From Catajapyx aquilonaris (taxonomy: Eukaryota), in the NCBI GenBank assembly GCA_000934665.2, contig KZ538406.1:1-64000 (forward strand): 64,000 bases of DNA, written 5' to 3'. The translations under genes were made by a program, and so were the position numbers. The notes below the pieces were generated by a model. The model was not told where the DNA came from, did not search any database, and was given only the letters and a program-made list of their open reading frames with translations. Position 1 is the stretch's first letter, and each line of letters begins with the position of its first letter. This document shows, piece by piece, positions 23,701 to 36,269 of the stretch.

Positions 23701-26700
23701 CTTATGGCCAGTTGTATGAATGCATATTAACATGAAAATCTCTGGGTTTGTGGGATTACATATTGTGAATACAGATACATAATTGGAGATTTTTCCTAAT
23801 TTGCTTTCTTACAACCAGGCCTTAGAGCAGCGGTTCCCAACCTGGGGGTCGCGAAACCTTTTCCGGGGGGGGTCATGCGTGGCATAAATAAAAAAATTAC
23901 CTATTTTTTTTACAAAATCGCAAATTTTGTATTGGTAATTTCATCGCGAAGGTTTTTTTTTTCAACACCTACTAACACTCAGGGAGAGGGGGNNNNNNNN
24001 NNNNNNNNNNNNNNNNNNNNNNNNNNNNNNNNNNNNNCTGCCGTAGAGGATGCCATAGACAACTAAGGGGCAGTAATGAGCCAGGGCCCTTTTGTAGCAT
24101 GGATATAATAGTGTGTCCACACTGAGTGAAGGAGGTGAAACATGAACACGTCTGTAGACTCTCCCTTAGTTTGTAACCTCCCCTCTGTGATATTCCCCCC
24201 TGCCCCTGCCCCTGCCCCTGCCCTATCCCACCCCCCACCCCCACTCAGCAGCAGACACCACAGAAAACGAAGTCCATCCCCTGTTCCATGTGCGTCCAGC
24301 ATGGTGGCTGATGGCAGTGAGATGTCAATGGGGCGCCCCAGGGACAAGGTTCGTCAGAGAGCAGCCACAACGGAAGAGCTACTCTACTCGGCAGCTGCAG
24401 GGCTCAAGAGGAGGGAAGACGAGAAGGAGGAAGCCATGTCCAGGAGCAACGGGAACACCATCAGCTGCCCAGTGACTGCCAGGCTTTTGGACAACAACAA
24501 CCTAGTGGAAGAGGACGTGGATGAAGAGTCAATGACCCAGTCCATGCCCAGCGGAGGAATGTCAATGCTTTCCAGAGCCATGTCTAGGGTTCCCAGTGCA
24601 CCTGGGTCCCTCAAGTGAGTTCCTACTATGCTATTTGTACATGCATTTTTATCAAGCTCAGCAGCATCGCATCCTTTGCTTTAAAGCATTGGTCCTCTAG
24701 AGCAGTGGCTGGCGCTCTTGTGATATCTGCAGATATAGTCTTAACTATTTTGAGAAAGGGCTGTCACGTGTTGTGACGTTTCATCAGAAGCAAAAATCAG
24801 AAGCAGGATCAGATGCAGTGCATATTCTGCGCAACTATAATTTATTGCTTTATAAAATAAATGCACAGAGAGTAACCTCGCAACTTACATATCCTTCTCA
24901 AAAGTATATGATCTCACAATATCATTCCTGTACAAAACTATGGCAATATTACCGAGGGAGAAATGTGAAGTGAATGTGGCACCACGTGTTCCCGCGTGAA
25001 TAAGCCTTTCGTAGGGAGGAAGAGGAGGCGTGTCTAGGTCGATGACACTGTCCCTTTCTCAAAATAGTTAGACTATAACGTGATTCGGGTTCAGAATGAT
25101 AGCCTCAATGACAAGCCATGTTGACCTGCAGGCTTAGCTGGACTTGGAGTCAGTGATAGCAATGCTGACTGGTCCAGTTGTGAAATTCAGTTTTTTCTTT
25201 ACCCAGTTTTGCTCAGCTCTCTAATTCAGGTTTTAGGGGATTAGGTTCTGTCAGTAGGCAGTACGGTGCCAACCACTGCAAGGTGGACGTAATATGCATT
25301 AATATGACAGCATGTTATTCACAGATTATTATTATGGGCCACGGTTTTAACTCTCAAAGGCCTGCTAGGGAAAGTCAGGGGTCATGTGACAGGACCTATT
25401 GTCAAAAATTTGTGGGAGTTTAGATAGTGACATGTAAAATACATGCACTTTTTTCCCCGCAACATTATCCATCATTTGGTAGCCTATTCGATAGATTAGA
25501 TTACAATTGGTGTTCAGATTGTGGCCTCAAGTCTTTTAACTCTCTAATCCTAATGCTCTATGTATCTCACAGACTGATCAATATTTGCATGGAAATGTTT
25601 CCTCCCAAGTTTTTGCTGCTTGCTGTGCAAGTGTGCAGCTTATGTAACATTTGAAAATACTTTCTAATGGATTTCGGCATATCAAGTAGGTATATTCACT
25701 TGAATCCAAAAATTATAGAGCACATTTGCATAAATTTTGAATTGGAAACTCCAGGGGAAGTGTGTTTTAAGAATTTGTTTAAAAAAAACCTTGTCTGCAG
25801 GAAGACCTCTAGGAAGAAGGTCTTGATATGTATTAGAAAATTTTTTAAATGGGAATATTATTGATGTTAGAATGACTGTGCATTACAGTGAACCAGTTTG
25901 TATTAATGGAGCAACTAACCCACTCATGTTCCCTTTTGTGTGAGTGGATTTGAGAGATTGAGGTAAGCTGTAGTAACAGTGGGGGTGGAAGAGACTGAAC
26001 TTGGGGGGAATGTTTGCAGGCGAAGGAAGCTGCTGTCAGGGCCTCTGGACTCGAAGCTGCTGCTAGGCTCTTCCCTCTCGCCTTCTCCTGCCTCACCTGC
26101 ACCCACCGCTACTCCCATTTTCCAGGACCATGGTAGGAGCCTACCACCAGCAGGTGCAGCAAGGACAGCAAGGGCAACACTTCCGCCCACCCGTCCCCTC
26201 CCCTCAGCAGCAGCCCTCCCCTACCCCGGGCAGAAGGCCAGGCTTCCTGGAACGACAGGAGTCCACCTCCCCAAGGCCCACCCGAAAGCTTACTAACCAG
26301 GCCACTATGCCTACTGCTGCCATATCTGCTTTGGCTGGATATGCTAACCTCTCTCCCAGAATGTAAGTCATGCTGTGCAAACTTCTGTGAATGAAAAATT
26401 ATATTTACACAAGGAAAATTATGTGTTATTACCCACTCTCTGGACTTTAACCATTTCATTTTAAAGTTCACTAATTTCTTGGGATAAGATCAAGCGATTA
26501 TGTAAATAAAACTTACGCAGATATTACTGTGGTGTTAGTATAGATGTCGAGTATGCACCTTCAAATAAAAAATTGCTCGTATTTTGACAGTACTAGACTG
26601 CAATCTTAATGAAATAAAAAGTATTTACTAGAATTTGTGTACAGGATGGTCCAATTGAAATGCCTGTATTATTAGCACTTTTGTGGCACTAAGTTTCATA

Positions 26701-29700
26701 TTTTTAAGCAGTTACTTTTGCTCAGTAACTCGTAGTGATTATCAAAAGTAGTACAGTAGTCACTTTTGATAACCACTGCATGCATGTAAATTCCAAGTAA
26801 GCAGCTTATGGCCAAAAAATCACTAACCACTACGAACATTTCAATTGGAACAGCTTGCATGTAGCAGTGATTCCCAATGCTCTTTTATGAGTGAGCTGAG
26901 CCCTAAGGTCCATCCCATCCATACCTTCCATGACATACCGTTCAGTCCAGTGGTTACTTTTATTCACATGTGAGTATTTTTGAAGCCTCGTACTTACAAA
27001 TTTTACAGTTGGCGCTGCATTTACTCAATGCCTTGCTTTCAGCTTCATCTCAGTGAGCTGAGAGCCTGAGAGCTCCACCTGCAATCATCCTGCACAGTAT
27101 TTTTTCTACTAGACTTAACTGCCTATGCATGTGCCCTTCTTCCTTTGTCACATGCTGTGTGAATAATGGAATGACTATCTTGTGAGAATAATGGAATGAT
27201 GTGGTGGATTCAGAAAGTAAGAATCCCTTGTGGGTAAAAGGTGTTTGAATAATTCTCATCAAAAAAGGGCATGGCAACTTCTTGGCGTACAATGTACACA
27301 GCCTTAAGAAACTTAATGGCTGTGTGTAGAAGTAGCTGAGAGTACCGTAATGCTAACATGTTGAAATGTTTTTGGGGATCTTTAAACACTCTCTACTCCG
27401 AATTGATTGTTACTTCTGTATGTACCAGATGTTATAATCTGATGACTGCTGTGTAAGTTGATTATGCATCATAATCGAATGTGAAGTTTAAAAAAAGGAG
27501 GGTCCAGTGTTGATGTGTGCAGTGGGAGCCAATGAACTAATGCAGCTGAATTTCCTCGCTATAACTTGCAATATCTAATGACTTCGCTTTAATTTTTCTT
27601 CCCCAACCCTTACCTTGTGTGCCTGACTTCACCTCCAATCCCTTGTTACTCATCTACTCACATCCCCCTTCCTGTAAATATCACAAAACACACAAAAACA
27701 CAACCAATCAGGGATGGCCTAGGCATGTCCTCGCCACCCGCCTCCCCAACCAGTTCAAGGCGTGCAGCATCCGGTAATCGTGACGAAGATGTTTTCTGCC
27801 GCTTGACCCTTGGCACAGCCATAAACAGGGAGAGAGGGCCATCCCAGGGAGTCCTGATGCCTTACCAAGGGAGAGTCAACCTGAAAGCCCCTCTTCATTG
27901 CCTGTACATTGCAGAGGGGCATTCAAAGGCAGTGCTGTCTGTCTGCGCCACTGAGGACTTGCTATTCAGTGGGTCACAAGGTAAGCTCTTTAAAGTATAA
28001 TTTTTGTAACAACTCATATAATTTATATTTAATATTGATTGATATGTTATCATTCATTTGGTATTTTTTTTCAGACCGAACAGTGAAAGTGTGGGACTTG
28101 AGCAGTCAGAAGGAAATAATGTCTCTGACGGGGCACCCCAACAATGTGGTAGTGGTGCGGTACTCAGAAGCCAACCGTCTGGTTTTCACTGTGTCTTCCA
28201 CCTACATCAAGGTTTGGGACCTTAGGAAACATCCTGTTTCTTGTGTCAAGACTCTCAGGTATGCATAATACTGAGAAATATGCCCCTTGTTTTTAATTGT
28301 TTAGAATATGGTTGGAGGCAATATTCAAAGCAATAAATAACAGGGATCAACCACTTGTTTGAGCCTTAGTATTGATTACACAATGCAGCATAAATCTAGT
28401 GACTAAACAATATCATTGGCCCGCAGCTCTTCGGGTCTCACCACATCCGAGTCGAGCCTGATGACGTCATCACTCCGGAAAGTTCAGGCTCCACCTGGGG
28501 AAGCCCTTTTAAATGACGTGGAGCTGAATGTGACTGGAACCACCTTGTACTCTGCTGCTGGAGACAAGGTGCGCATTTGGGATCTGCGTCGATTCATGTC
28601 CATTGGAAAGCTGACTGGTGGACACCAGGCAGCAGTCATGTGCCTGTCGGTTGGAAGGGTAGCCCCCAACCAGGACCTGGTTGTCACCGGGTCAAAAGAC
28701 CATTACGTCAAAGCTTTTGAAGTCATGGATGGGTCTGGAGGGATGGTCACTCCAAAAATGAACCTTGACCCACCACACTATGATGGCATCCAGTGTCTGT
28801 CCATGTGTGAGAACATGCTGTTCTCAGGCTCGAGAGACATGTGCATCAAGAAGTGGGACCTTGAAAAAGAGGAGCTTGTTCAGGTGTGTTTACATATGGT
28901 GTGGTTGAATAGCACTTGGTCTCTGAACAGGGAGGGTAACTTTGCAAAATATGTATGTGTTTGCCAAGGAAATATTGATTAGAATTTGGAAATTGATGTG
29001 CAGTATTTTAAAGGACCATCATAGCAGTTATGCCCAACTGGGGCAATCTAAATTTTAAATGCAAATATTAATGCAAAGTGCAACTGAGACCTACCTTATG
29101 TTGCATAAAGTCTCGTAACAACTCACGTGGCAGTGACGTGAACCAAGATTTCAGCTGAACAATGGCTTCGTTATTTACAACTAATTTTATCTTCAGTCTG
29201 TGAACAATGCCCACCGAGATTGGATCTGCGGAATGTGCATGCTGCCAGGGCGACAGCTCCTCTTCTCTGGGTGTAGGGGTGGGTTTGTCAAGCTGTGGTC
29301 CACTGAAACCTGTCAGATGATGGGGGAGCTGAGGGCACATAATGCGCCAATAAATGCCATCACTACCAATGGGAGCCTCATCTTCACTGCTGCCAGGTCA
29401 GTTTCAACCAAAACCAGCACAAACCCACCAAATGCATATGTGCACATACACAAATGGAACAAGTGTCCCATGTGTGTGTGTGTGTTAGCATTTGTTTTGT
29501 GTGTGTGTGACGGCTATCCATAAATGGTCAAACTCATCATTGCCTAATGTATTTTGGAGTTAACTTAATTTTTCGTGCTATTTTGAATGCAGTGTATTCT
29601 TGGAAGTGACCAGCAAATCTTTTGACTTCTCATGTCGGATAAATTAGTCTGAGAGTACATTGCAAGACATGATTGTTGCGAAGTTTGATTTCTATCCTAT

Positions 29701-30436
29701 TATTATGCATTAGATATTGATGGCCTCCCAAGAACTACCGGTACCTAAAGGCATTAAATTTCATTGGGAATCAATAATTGAGAAGCTATTAAGTGTGTGA
29801 TATTTTTATATAGATTACATACATTTTTAGTAAATAAATATATTTCAGAGGCATTCAGGTGACCATGAGTAAACGTGATGCATTCTAGAACCGTGTATGT
29901 TCTTTGTTGTTATTAATTCCTGGAGCAGCAATTAATAATGATGGCAAACGTTACAGGTTATGGAATGCGTCGTGTAAGTTCGAGTGTTCAAGTTTATGGA
30001 TGGCCCTGTAGACCTAGTTGGATGATTGATAGTAAATGAAAAACAACTACATTCTTCCTTTACTGTCATGCATACAGTCAGCCCTAAAATGAATAACACT
30101 TACAAGGTATAATGTGCTATACAATTGAGAAAAAAATGCTACGCTGCAAAAAATTTCCTTGCATAGAATAATTAACTGAACTTTGACAAATAAACTTGAG
30201 GTGCAGTACAACTAACACTTTTAGGGCTGGTGATGTAACATAAGTGAACAAGTTGTTTTTAAATTTACTACCAATCGTGCAACTGCTTCGTAGTGATTGG
30301 TATTGGCACAGAACAAGAGGTATATTTTTGCGGATTTTGCAGCCTGGGCGAGGTGAAGGTTTGGCGGGTGCTGAACCCGGAGCCACCTCCGCTGATGATC
30401 ATGTCCACCGGGCGCATGTTTGAGCTGGCCCTCTGA
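11755..30436 (+). CDS. KIF21A: Kinesin-4 family KIF21A/B (Klp31E)-like protein: N-terminal motor, coiled-coil stalk, C-terminal WD40 repeats; first coding exon not located
   Basis: Phase-consistent GT-AG exons: 11755-11977, 13468-13710, 14674-15193, 15412-15832, 16206-16411, 18154-18594, 19846-20292, 20673-21339, 24249(or 24300)-24614, 26126-26362, 27712-27980, 28075-28258, 28427-28883, 29197-29396, 30343-30436. Motifs: IRPQ, P-loop [13 protein letters not shown], switch [10 protein letters not shown], switch [31 protein letters not shown], coiled coil [12 protein letters not shown], and WD40 repeats ([21 protein letters not shown]). One ancestral-type KIF21, not specifically A or B. Confidence 0.95.
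12010..13091 (+). mobile_element. Mariner-derived non-autonomous element with long inverted arms, in a KIF21 intron
   Basis: TA TSD at 12008-09 and 13092-93. TIR (c/t)gagggcgagtcaaaacaaa.tgggactgattt. Decayed transposase N-terminus [31 protein letters not shown], plus a frameshifted second HTH leading to RWV-RLFTP (WVPRLL-like, about 12561-12585). 12640-12895 is an inverted copy of about 12061-12310. Confidence 0.9.
14415..14576. mobile_element. Short MITE
   Basis: Imperfect 28-bp TIR aggggcgtattggaaaaacatgataact / agttatcatgtttttccaccacacccct. Confidence 0.6.
16593..16810. mobile_element. hAT (Charlie-like) MITE
   Basis: Perfect 8-bp TSD ctctagaa at 16585-92 and 16811-18. TIR cagggtttctcaac / gttgagaaacgttg. 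Confidence 0.9.
17400..17810. mobile_element. Degraded foldback/MITE-like element with arms of about 100 bp
   Basis: Nested reverse-complement pairs: gtttatccgcacct 17430-43 with 17763-76; cggggttggg 17454-63 with 17741-50; gtcgcaaacaat 17498-509 with 17694-705. CpG-rich relative to the host intron. Ends approximate. Confidence 0.7.
18726..19010. mobile_element. piggyBac-type MITE
   Basis: 18-bp perfect TIR ccctggaaccgtgacgtg, flanked by ATAA (left) and TTAA (right). Subterminal inverted repeat ggggtcttttaggacccc / ggggtcctaaaagacccc. Confidence 0.9.
19232..19375 (+). CDS. Candidate KIF21 cassette exon (48 aa, Ser/Thr-rich)
   Basis: gttctcgctag|GT...TCC C|gtaagc. 144 nt, phase 1-1 matching the host intron 18595-19845, open in frame: [49 protein letters not shown]. 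Confidence 0.6.
22424..22577 (+). CDS. Candidate KIF21 alternative exon encoding a hydrophobic (TM-like) helix
   Basis: Long polypyrimidine tract ending ttttgctttag|T. Phase 2 matches the donor at 21339. Reads [25 protein letters not shown]..., then either the phase-2 donor AG|gtgatt at 22573 (150 nt) or a TGA stop at 22575-77. Confidence 0.4.
23828..24040. mobile_element. hAT MITE spanning the assembly gap
   Basis: Left end cagcggttcccaacctgggggtcgcg preceded by ccttagag. After the N-run, ctg is followed by ccgtagag (7/8 match to the TSD). Confidence 0.7.
23993..24037. other. Assembly gap (45 N)
   Basis: Run of n characters. Confidence 1.
24736..25075. mobile_element. TA-flanked MITE
   Basis: ta-tagtcttaactattttgagaaaggg ... 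ccctttctcaaaatagttagacta-ta; TIR of about 25 bp with a 1-nt indel. Confidence 0.8.
26642..26857. mobile_element. Degraded Tc1/mariner-type MITE
   Basis: ta-caggatggtccaattgaaatg ... catttcaattggaacagcttg, with an internal hairpin gtgattatcaaaagt / acttttgataaccac. Confidence 0.6.
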
Positions 30437-32066
30437 GTATGGTGGGCGGTTGGGGGGGTGGGGCTCGAAGTGGAGGTGGAGGTGGGAGCAAGAGGGAGGG
30501 GGAGAAGAGAGGGGAGGGCAGGGAGCTGGTCCCGCATCAGGGGCTGGGTCTACCTGCTCTCATTCGGCGTACTCTACGGACTCTTGTTCTTCCTCGCCCG
30601 CCCTCCCTGCCATGTGGCTTCCTGAACTACATCTTATTACTCTTTTTGTCTTCACTACTAACATTGTGTTGCTGCTGCATTCCACAACTTGCTTTCATTA
30701 AGGGCGAGCAATGGAGCCTCGCGTCACTAATTAATATGGGCACAATTCACTCCCAAAACTTGATTGCCACCATTAGCCCCTCATTTTATGTTCTGTGTGT
30801 TAATGAGAAGTTTCTCGTAAGGTGGCAGTATGTGATGGATATGTGATGTTATTCGCTAGATAATAATGCTGCCTGAACAAAGTAATTATAACATTAATTT
30901 GACATACACGTGTAAGCAGTGCGGTAGGGAAGTTTACCTTGCACATAAGTCTGCTTGTTATTATTTATTTCCTCCTCATAACCGTCAAGGAAGAGAATTT
31001 TGTCAGGTGATAGTGATAGAAATGGTTGTTGAAACTGAGCCTGAATGAAGTATTATGCATGAATTTTCAGGGCAAGACTTTTTATTAAATCATCACAGTT
31101 GATAAGAATGAAGTAATAAGTAAAATGAGACATATTCAAAGGCTGATCAAGCCTGGCATTGTAGTACTGTCGACACATCACTTTACTGTAGAGAACAGCA
31201 TCACATCATAAAACGTGGGAGCTTTCCTGCCAATTAGCTCCTCTGCTTTGGGGGGGGGAAAAAAAATCTATGGCATGTATTACATGAGTGAAAATCTTCA
31301 CATTGCCTTTCCGTAGAACTGTATCTTGATTGAACGACTGAGATAGACAGGACTTGTGCCCCTAACTAGTTAGAATGTTAGTGAGAAAGGAGGAGAGAAA
31401 AGAGAGAGAGGACTCTTTCTCTATCACTCCTGACTGACGGAGCGATTAAATGTGAGGTAGAGCAAGTGCTTGGGGACTTGTACATAGTTTTGTACTTTGC
31501 TAAGTAGTGAGAACGAGAGTCAGATGGATCTATCTTTTCCTTCCATGCAGCTTCCAATCCCACACCCATTCTTTCCCCAAGTAAAGAGTAAATTTACTTG
31601 AACTGTTGTCAAAAAAAAAGAAGAAAAAAACTGATTATCATCAATGTTCAAATCTCAAGCTTTCTGTTTTTCCTGTCTGTCAACCTGTTTCATGTTTAAA
31701 GCGTGATAGAGAGACGTTAGTGCATCATTCAGAGGTGATTGCAGGAACCAATAAAATAAAATGAACTACAAGTGTGTTCAACTTGGAACCTATGGAAGTT
31801 TTTTAATTCACGAGGCACTCCTTTAAGTGTCGTTGCTTTCCTTGTGACTTGCGTGCACCTGGGGGTGCTATAGTTGTGGCTTTTGATAACATATAATTGA
31901 GTTTGAGCACCATTGTTTTCTGTGTGTGCTTTTCCACCTTAAGTTGAATTTAGGGATTTATAGTCATGGGGAATGTTTGATTGACTTTGTGTTTTATAAT
32001 TTGCTTTTTTGAATCAGTGGAGCATGTGCATGACTTATGCCATTTTTCATTGCCCTCTACCCTCAG

Positions 32067-32139
32067 CGACAATACTGTTGTCTTCTGGACACCTGGAAGG
32101 CGCCTAGCCGGCTCACACCTAGCCAGCGATGCCTCGTAG
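32067..32139 (+). CDS. Alternative (distal) terminal coding exon of KIF21
   Basis: Strong acceptor ttgccctctaccctcag|C, phase 2 like the donor at 29396. Gives TAA-S-DNTVVFWTPGRRLAGSHLASDAS*, a canonical WD40 closing strand (S-D-x-T-V-x-x-W). Confidence 0.75.
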
Positions 32140-33802
32140 GACCAACTGGGACCGTGTCTTCCTCCTTTTTCATTCCCCGTTTTTTTGTGTGTGAAAAAGT
32201 TGTACGTAGCCCTTCTTTCTTCATTCATCTTGGAGAACGTGGGTATATGTTAATCCAATCATGTAGTTAAAGGGCCATGGAACTCCATTCTTTCTGAACA
32301 AGTGATGTGTGCACCTAATGTTTGTGTGGTAGCCAGCAGAGGCACCTACTATCGGGAAACAATTTTACATTCATTTAGCAAGTGAGGCGCACAGGTTCAA
32401 AAGAGTATTTTAAAATCCCACTTTCATTTTGCCGTGTTGGAAGAGGAAAGGCCATCTTCTGTAAATGAAGCATCACCTAGATGAATCATTTCTTAAGTTT
32501 GCCATCTTTAAATGTCCCATCCAGTCCCATCCAAGGTGTGGTCGAATGCCAGATGTACAAGTTGTGGTGTGTGACAGCATTGCAGTATTTAGGGAAACGG
32601 GTCCAACAAGGGAATGGTACGAATGAAGCTTTTGAGTTTCTTAATGAGATCTGATCCATTCAATAGCAATTACATACATGTACTTGCCAAAAGAGCAGAA
32701 AAGATGAGCTTCTCTTGTAACTTACGTACTCACGTCCTAAATTCACCAAACCTGAGTAACTAATCTTTATTGGTGGATCTAATGTATGGCTTTCATGTCA
32801 GAGGGACCTGCTTCCTCATTATTGTGAGTGAATGAAGGAGATGGCAATCCTCTAATTCAAAGTTGCAGTCACTCTTTGTCTCAAACAGCGTGTGTTCCCT
32901 CACTTAAGCTGAAGCACTCGGAGAAAAAAGAAGAAAGAGTTAATTAAACTGAACTTTCCTGTTTTAGTGCAGTGGCCCATTAATTACTGTGCCAATAATG
33001 GCAGCTAGATACGTGATCATAGAAATCTCAATAATTGTCTGGTAAAAATCTTTTATTACTACTGTTTTCATTTTTGTAGAGAAAATTTGTGCATAAGATG
33101 TGGTTGAGATTGTATTTAATGCATGATGGTTGTGTGTTGGTGTATGATGCATATTGTGTAATTGCAGGGATCTGTTCCCATCTCCTGATTAACTAGACTA
33201 TAATTAATCCGTGAGCTAATTTCTGCGGTCAAGTCATGGTGCTCACTTTCCAGGTGCCTTAACTGAGGAACACAGAGATAGTCTCAATTGAAGAAGCGTT
33301 CCAAATAGGGCAGCTCATTAAGATGTACAAAAAAAAAGGTAACTTTATGATTATTGGTTTTAGTATGTGTAAATAAGCGTTTGGATAATGCCATAAGAAC
33401 GTTCTTATCTGAAACAGATTGCAATTAATTATTCTTGTCCGGGTGGGGAACAGGGTATTAATCACGTAAAACAATCCAAGGTGACTGAATGTCTTGGCGT
33501 CACAACCAAATAAATTATTATTTAACTAAACTGGTTTATTTATCTCCCCCCCCCCTCAAAAAAACATTAAAAACTTGAGGAAAAAGCTTCATGCCGAAGT
33601 TCTAGTATTTCAACAGGAATGTAACTTAAGCAATGCAACAGTCTTTTTCACAATCCACAGCACGCCACAAAATTTCTGTGCAACATTAAATGTCCTTTGC
33701 TCACAAGACAAACGCAACATCCATAATATCTTCACATTGCACCAATCACAGCCTTCTCCTGGGGCTACATTTGTTCAAATGACAAGCAACTCTTTCGGTT
33801 GC

Positions 33803-36269
33803 TCAAGTGCATTCCTTTGGCCGTCTCTCCTGCAAGGTACAATGATTTTGAGCTCATCTGACCCTTCAAACACAACTGAAAAATGAGGGGCGAAATATCC
33901 TACATTACCCCAAATCTGCTGCATATAACTTCCTGGAAGTTCTTCAAAATGCCGACTTGATCTTCATGACTCTGCAATCAGAAAGTGAGGTAAGTGCCTG
34001 GCCTGGATTTGCATGAAATGTCAGCTCGATTGAAAACTAGTGCTTTTTCGTTTGTGCTCGTTGCCTGCTTAGTTTGCATACCTGGTCAATGGTGATGGTT
34101 GGAATGAATCCTGCTTTTGGCCTGAGTGCATGTGTGGCGTCTCCATGCAACTTCAGCAGCTGTTCACCCTCCTCGCTCAGAATACATCTGCGGATAGGAT
34201 CCCACGACACTCCCAGCTGTTCGGCACACTGGAGGAGCATCATGGAGGTGAGAAAATTCAGAGTTATGGCGGTACTGTAGAGCATTATTTAACTGTTTTA
34301 TCCCAGGATGACTGCTTCATTAGCACATTGTGACAACTGACATGAAATTGTTAGATAGAACAGCAGGTAACCCACATTTCTGATGCTACTAAATTGTGTT
34401 CCTGGTGCTAATGAGCCAGGAAGTAATATGACTGTGGTCTGGTTGTATCACTCAACAAGGAAATTTCTGTTATTGTTGGATACTGTGAATATTGACGCAT
34501 TTGCCTTCATGCAACAAGCCCTTCGCCCAGCATTAAGAAAAAAGGTCTCGCATTTGTAAGGTCCAAAATGAACCAAAATAATGACAATACTCTCCCTTAG
34601 AAAAGAGAGACAAGGGGGTCCCACTACAATAATATGGCAATCCCATGTTTCTCTCACCTTGCTGCCTGCTGTTTGAGGCTCAAAGTTGTCCAGTATCATG
34701 CAATGGACATAAGCAAGGCGTGTAGTTGCACTGGATATATGGGCAATGGCACAGGCGTGGACTCTATTGGCCTCGCACTCTAGCGGACCATGTTGGCACG
34801 TAAACACAGGACGACCATCTTGCATCTTGGTCTGAAAGGGTGCGGAGCATGAAGCGTCAGAGGCTGTGTTACCACAACAATAAACAGCAACATACAAAAG
34901 CTTTTCCATATGGAATGAGGTTGAGATTCAAATAGGAGGACAATTTCTGGTAGACTGGTTGCAGGTGCCGGTTGATGAAGTGGCGGCTGTCTGGACAGAG
35001 CGCCTCGTAATACACGCTCACGTCCAGGATGCGCGGGGTCAGGGATGATGACTCTCCAGATGCCTTGGAGAAGGACACTTGTGTTAAGATCATGGTATTA
35101 ATCACAACTTATGTAGATATGACTTGTGGTCTTTTCATACATGCCTCATCTGGTACATATGATGCTGCATAAGATTCACAATTATTTTATTATGCAAAAA
35201 CAATCCACACTGTCATGTTGTAGTTTCAGGAATAGTTTCAAGAGAACAGTTATTAAACATAGCAATTGATTAGTGCCTGGCACGCAATCACACTAAATTC
35301 TCAACATTGCATAAATGCGGGCTTGAATCTCAACTGCAGTAGAATTACGAAAAGATCAATGAGCCTAAGTATGTGCATGTGGTCAACAATATCTGCAGAT
35401 TAACAACTGAATGCATAGAGAGCTCATTGTCCCCAGCTTGTTTGTGGCACTCAGCAAATTCCAAGCGTTAGGCCATGAAATTTCTTTGCCACATCATGCA
35501 ACCTCATGTCGTAAAAGAGCCATTAGTACAGAGCCAAGTTACTCAATCATAGTGACAATTATGACAAGAATGTGACGCCTGGATCCATCTGCCAAAGAGC
35601 AATGATACGCTGCAATGGATGGTCTGGTATCCTGCTTCCCCAGCAGTATTTTGCCCCTTTTTAAATTAATGGCTGGTTTCACCAAGCAGGTTATATTATA
35701 AACCCAAGTTTCTCTTTGGAAAATCCTTACTTTTGATTGTTGTCAGCGAGGGTTGCTATGTCAATTCTGGTTATAACCGAGGTTCTAAATTTTAACCAGG
35801 TTGGTGAAACCCGCTCGTTTTTCAGGGGCATCTATAAGGCACGTGGTGAAACAGATACAATTGAGTGGTGCGATGTAATGACGAGCGACGTGCGTGCAAT
35901 CACCTGCAGGTCAAGCGCATCCTCTGCGTCCCTCCCACCCCACCTCCCTGCCTTAATGTCACCGTCCCCTGCGGCACCCTCCCTGCTGAGGTGGTGCTGC
36001 CTGACCCCCGGCCCCCTGGGAAGGGAGGACCCCCCGTCTCCATCGGAGCTGCGCAGAGGGCAAAGCTGGAAGAGCTGCCAGGCCAGCAGGAGTCCCGCAG
36101 CCACGGCCAGCACCTGCAGGCCCAGGAGCAGCCAGGAGACGAAGCTCCACTCTGGAAGGATCCCTCCATGCTTGTTATTGGAGCCAGCAGTGCCTATTCC
36201 CTGCTGGTGCGGATGGTGCTGGTGGAAGCAGTGGCGGAAGAAGCCCAGGATGGTGCTCCCCACACGCAT
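33803..36269 (-). CDS. IFI30: GILT/IFI30-like lysosomal thiol reductase, paralogue 1, with a long N-terminal signal-anchor extension (314 aa)
   Basis: Exons (-): 36269-35904, 35063-34896, 34831-34658, 34228-34082, 33971-33909, 33829-33803, all phase 0. Motifs VYYEALCPDS, IPYGKA, and the GILT signature FTCQHGPLECEANRVHAC. Exon 1 is assigned by its donor CAG|gtgatt and hydrophobic segment and is less certain than the rest. Confidence 0.9.

Noticed and set aside
26020..26296. Upstream acceptor at 26019 giving a frameshifted, WD40-less KIF21
   Set aside because: Weak pyrimidine tract; the 26125 acceptor explains the exon in frame and nothing else supports this one.
30293..30423. Third terminal-exon option SDWYWHRT...
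   Set aside because: Does not fit the WD40 strand pattern; the acceptor at 30342 does.
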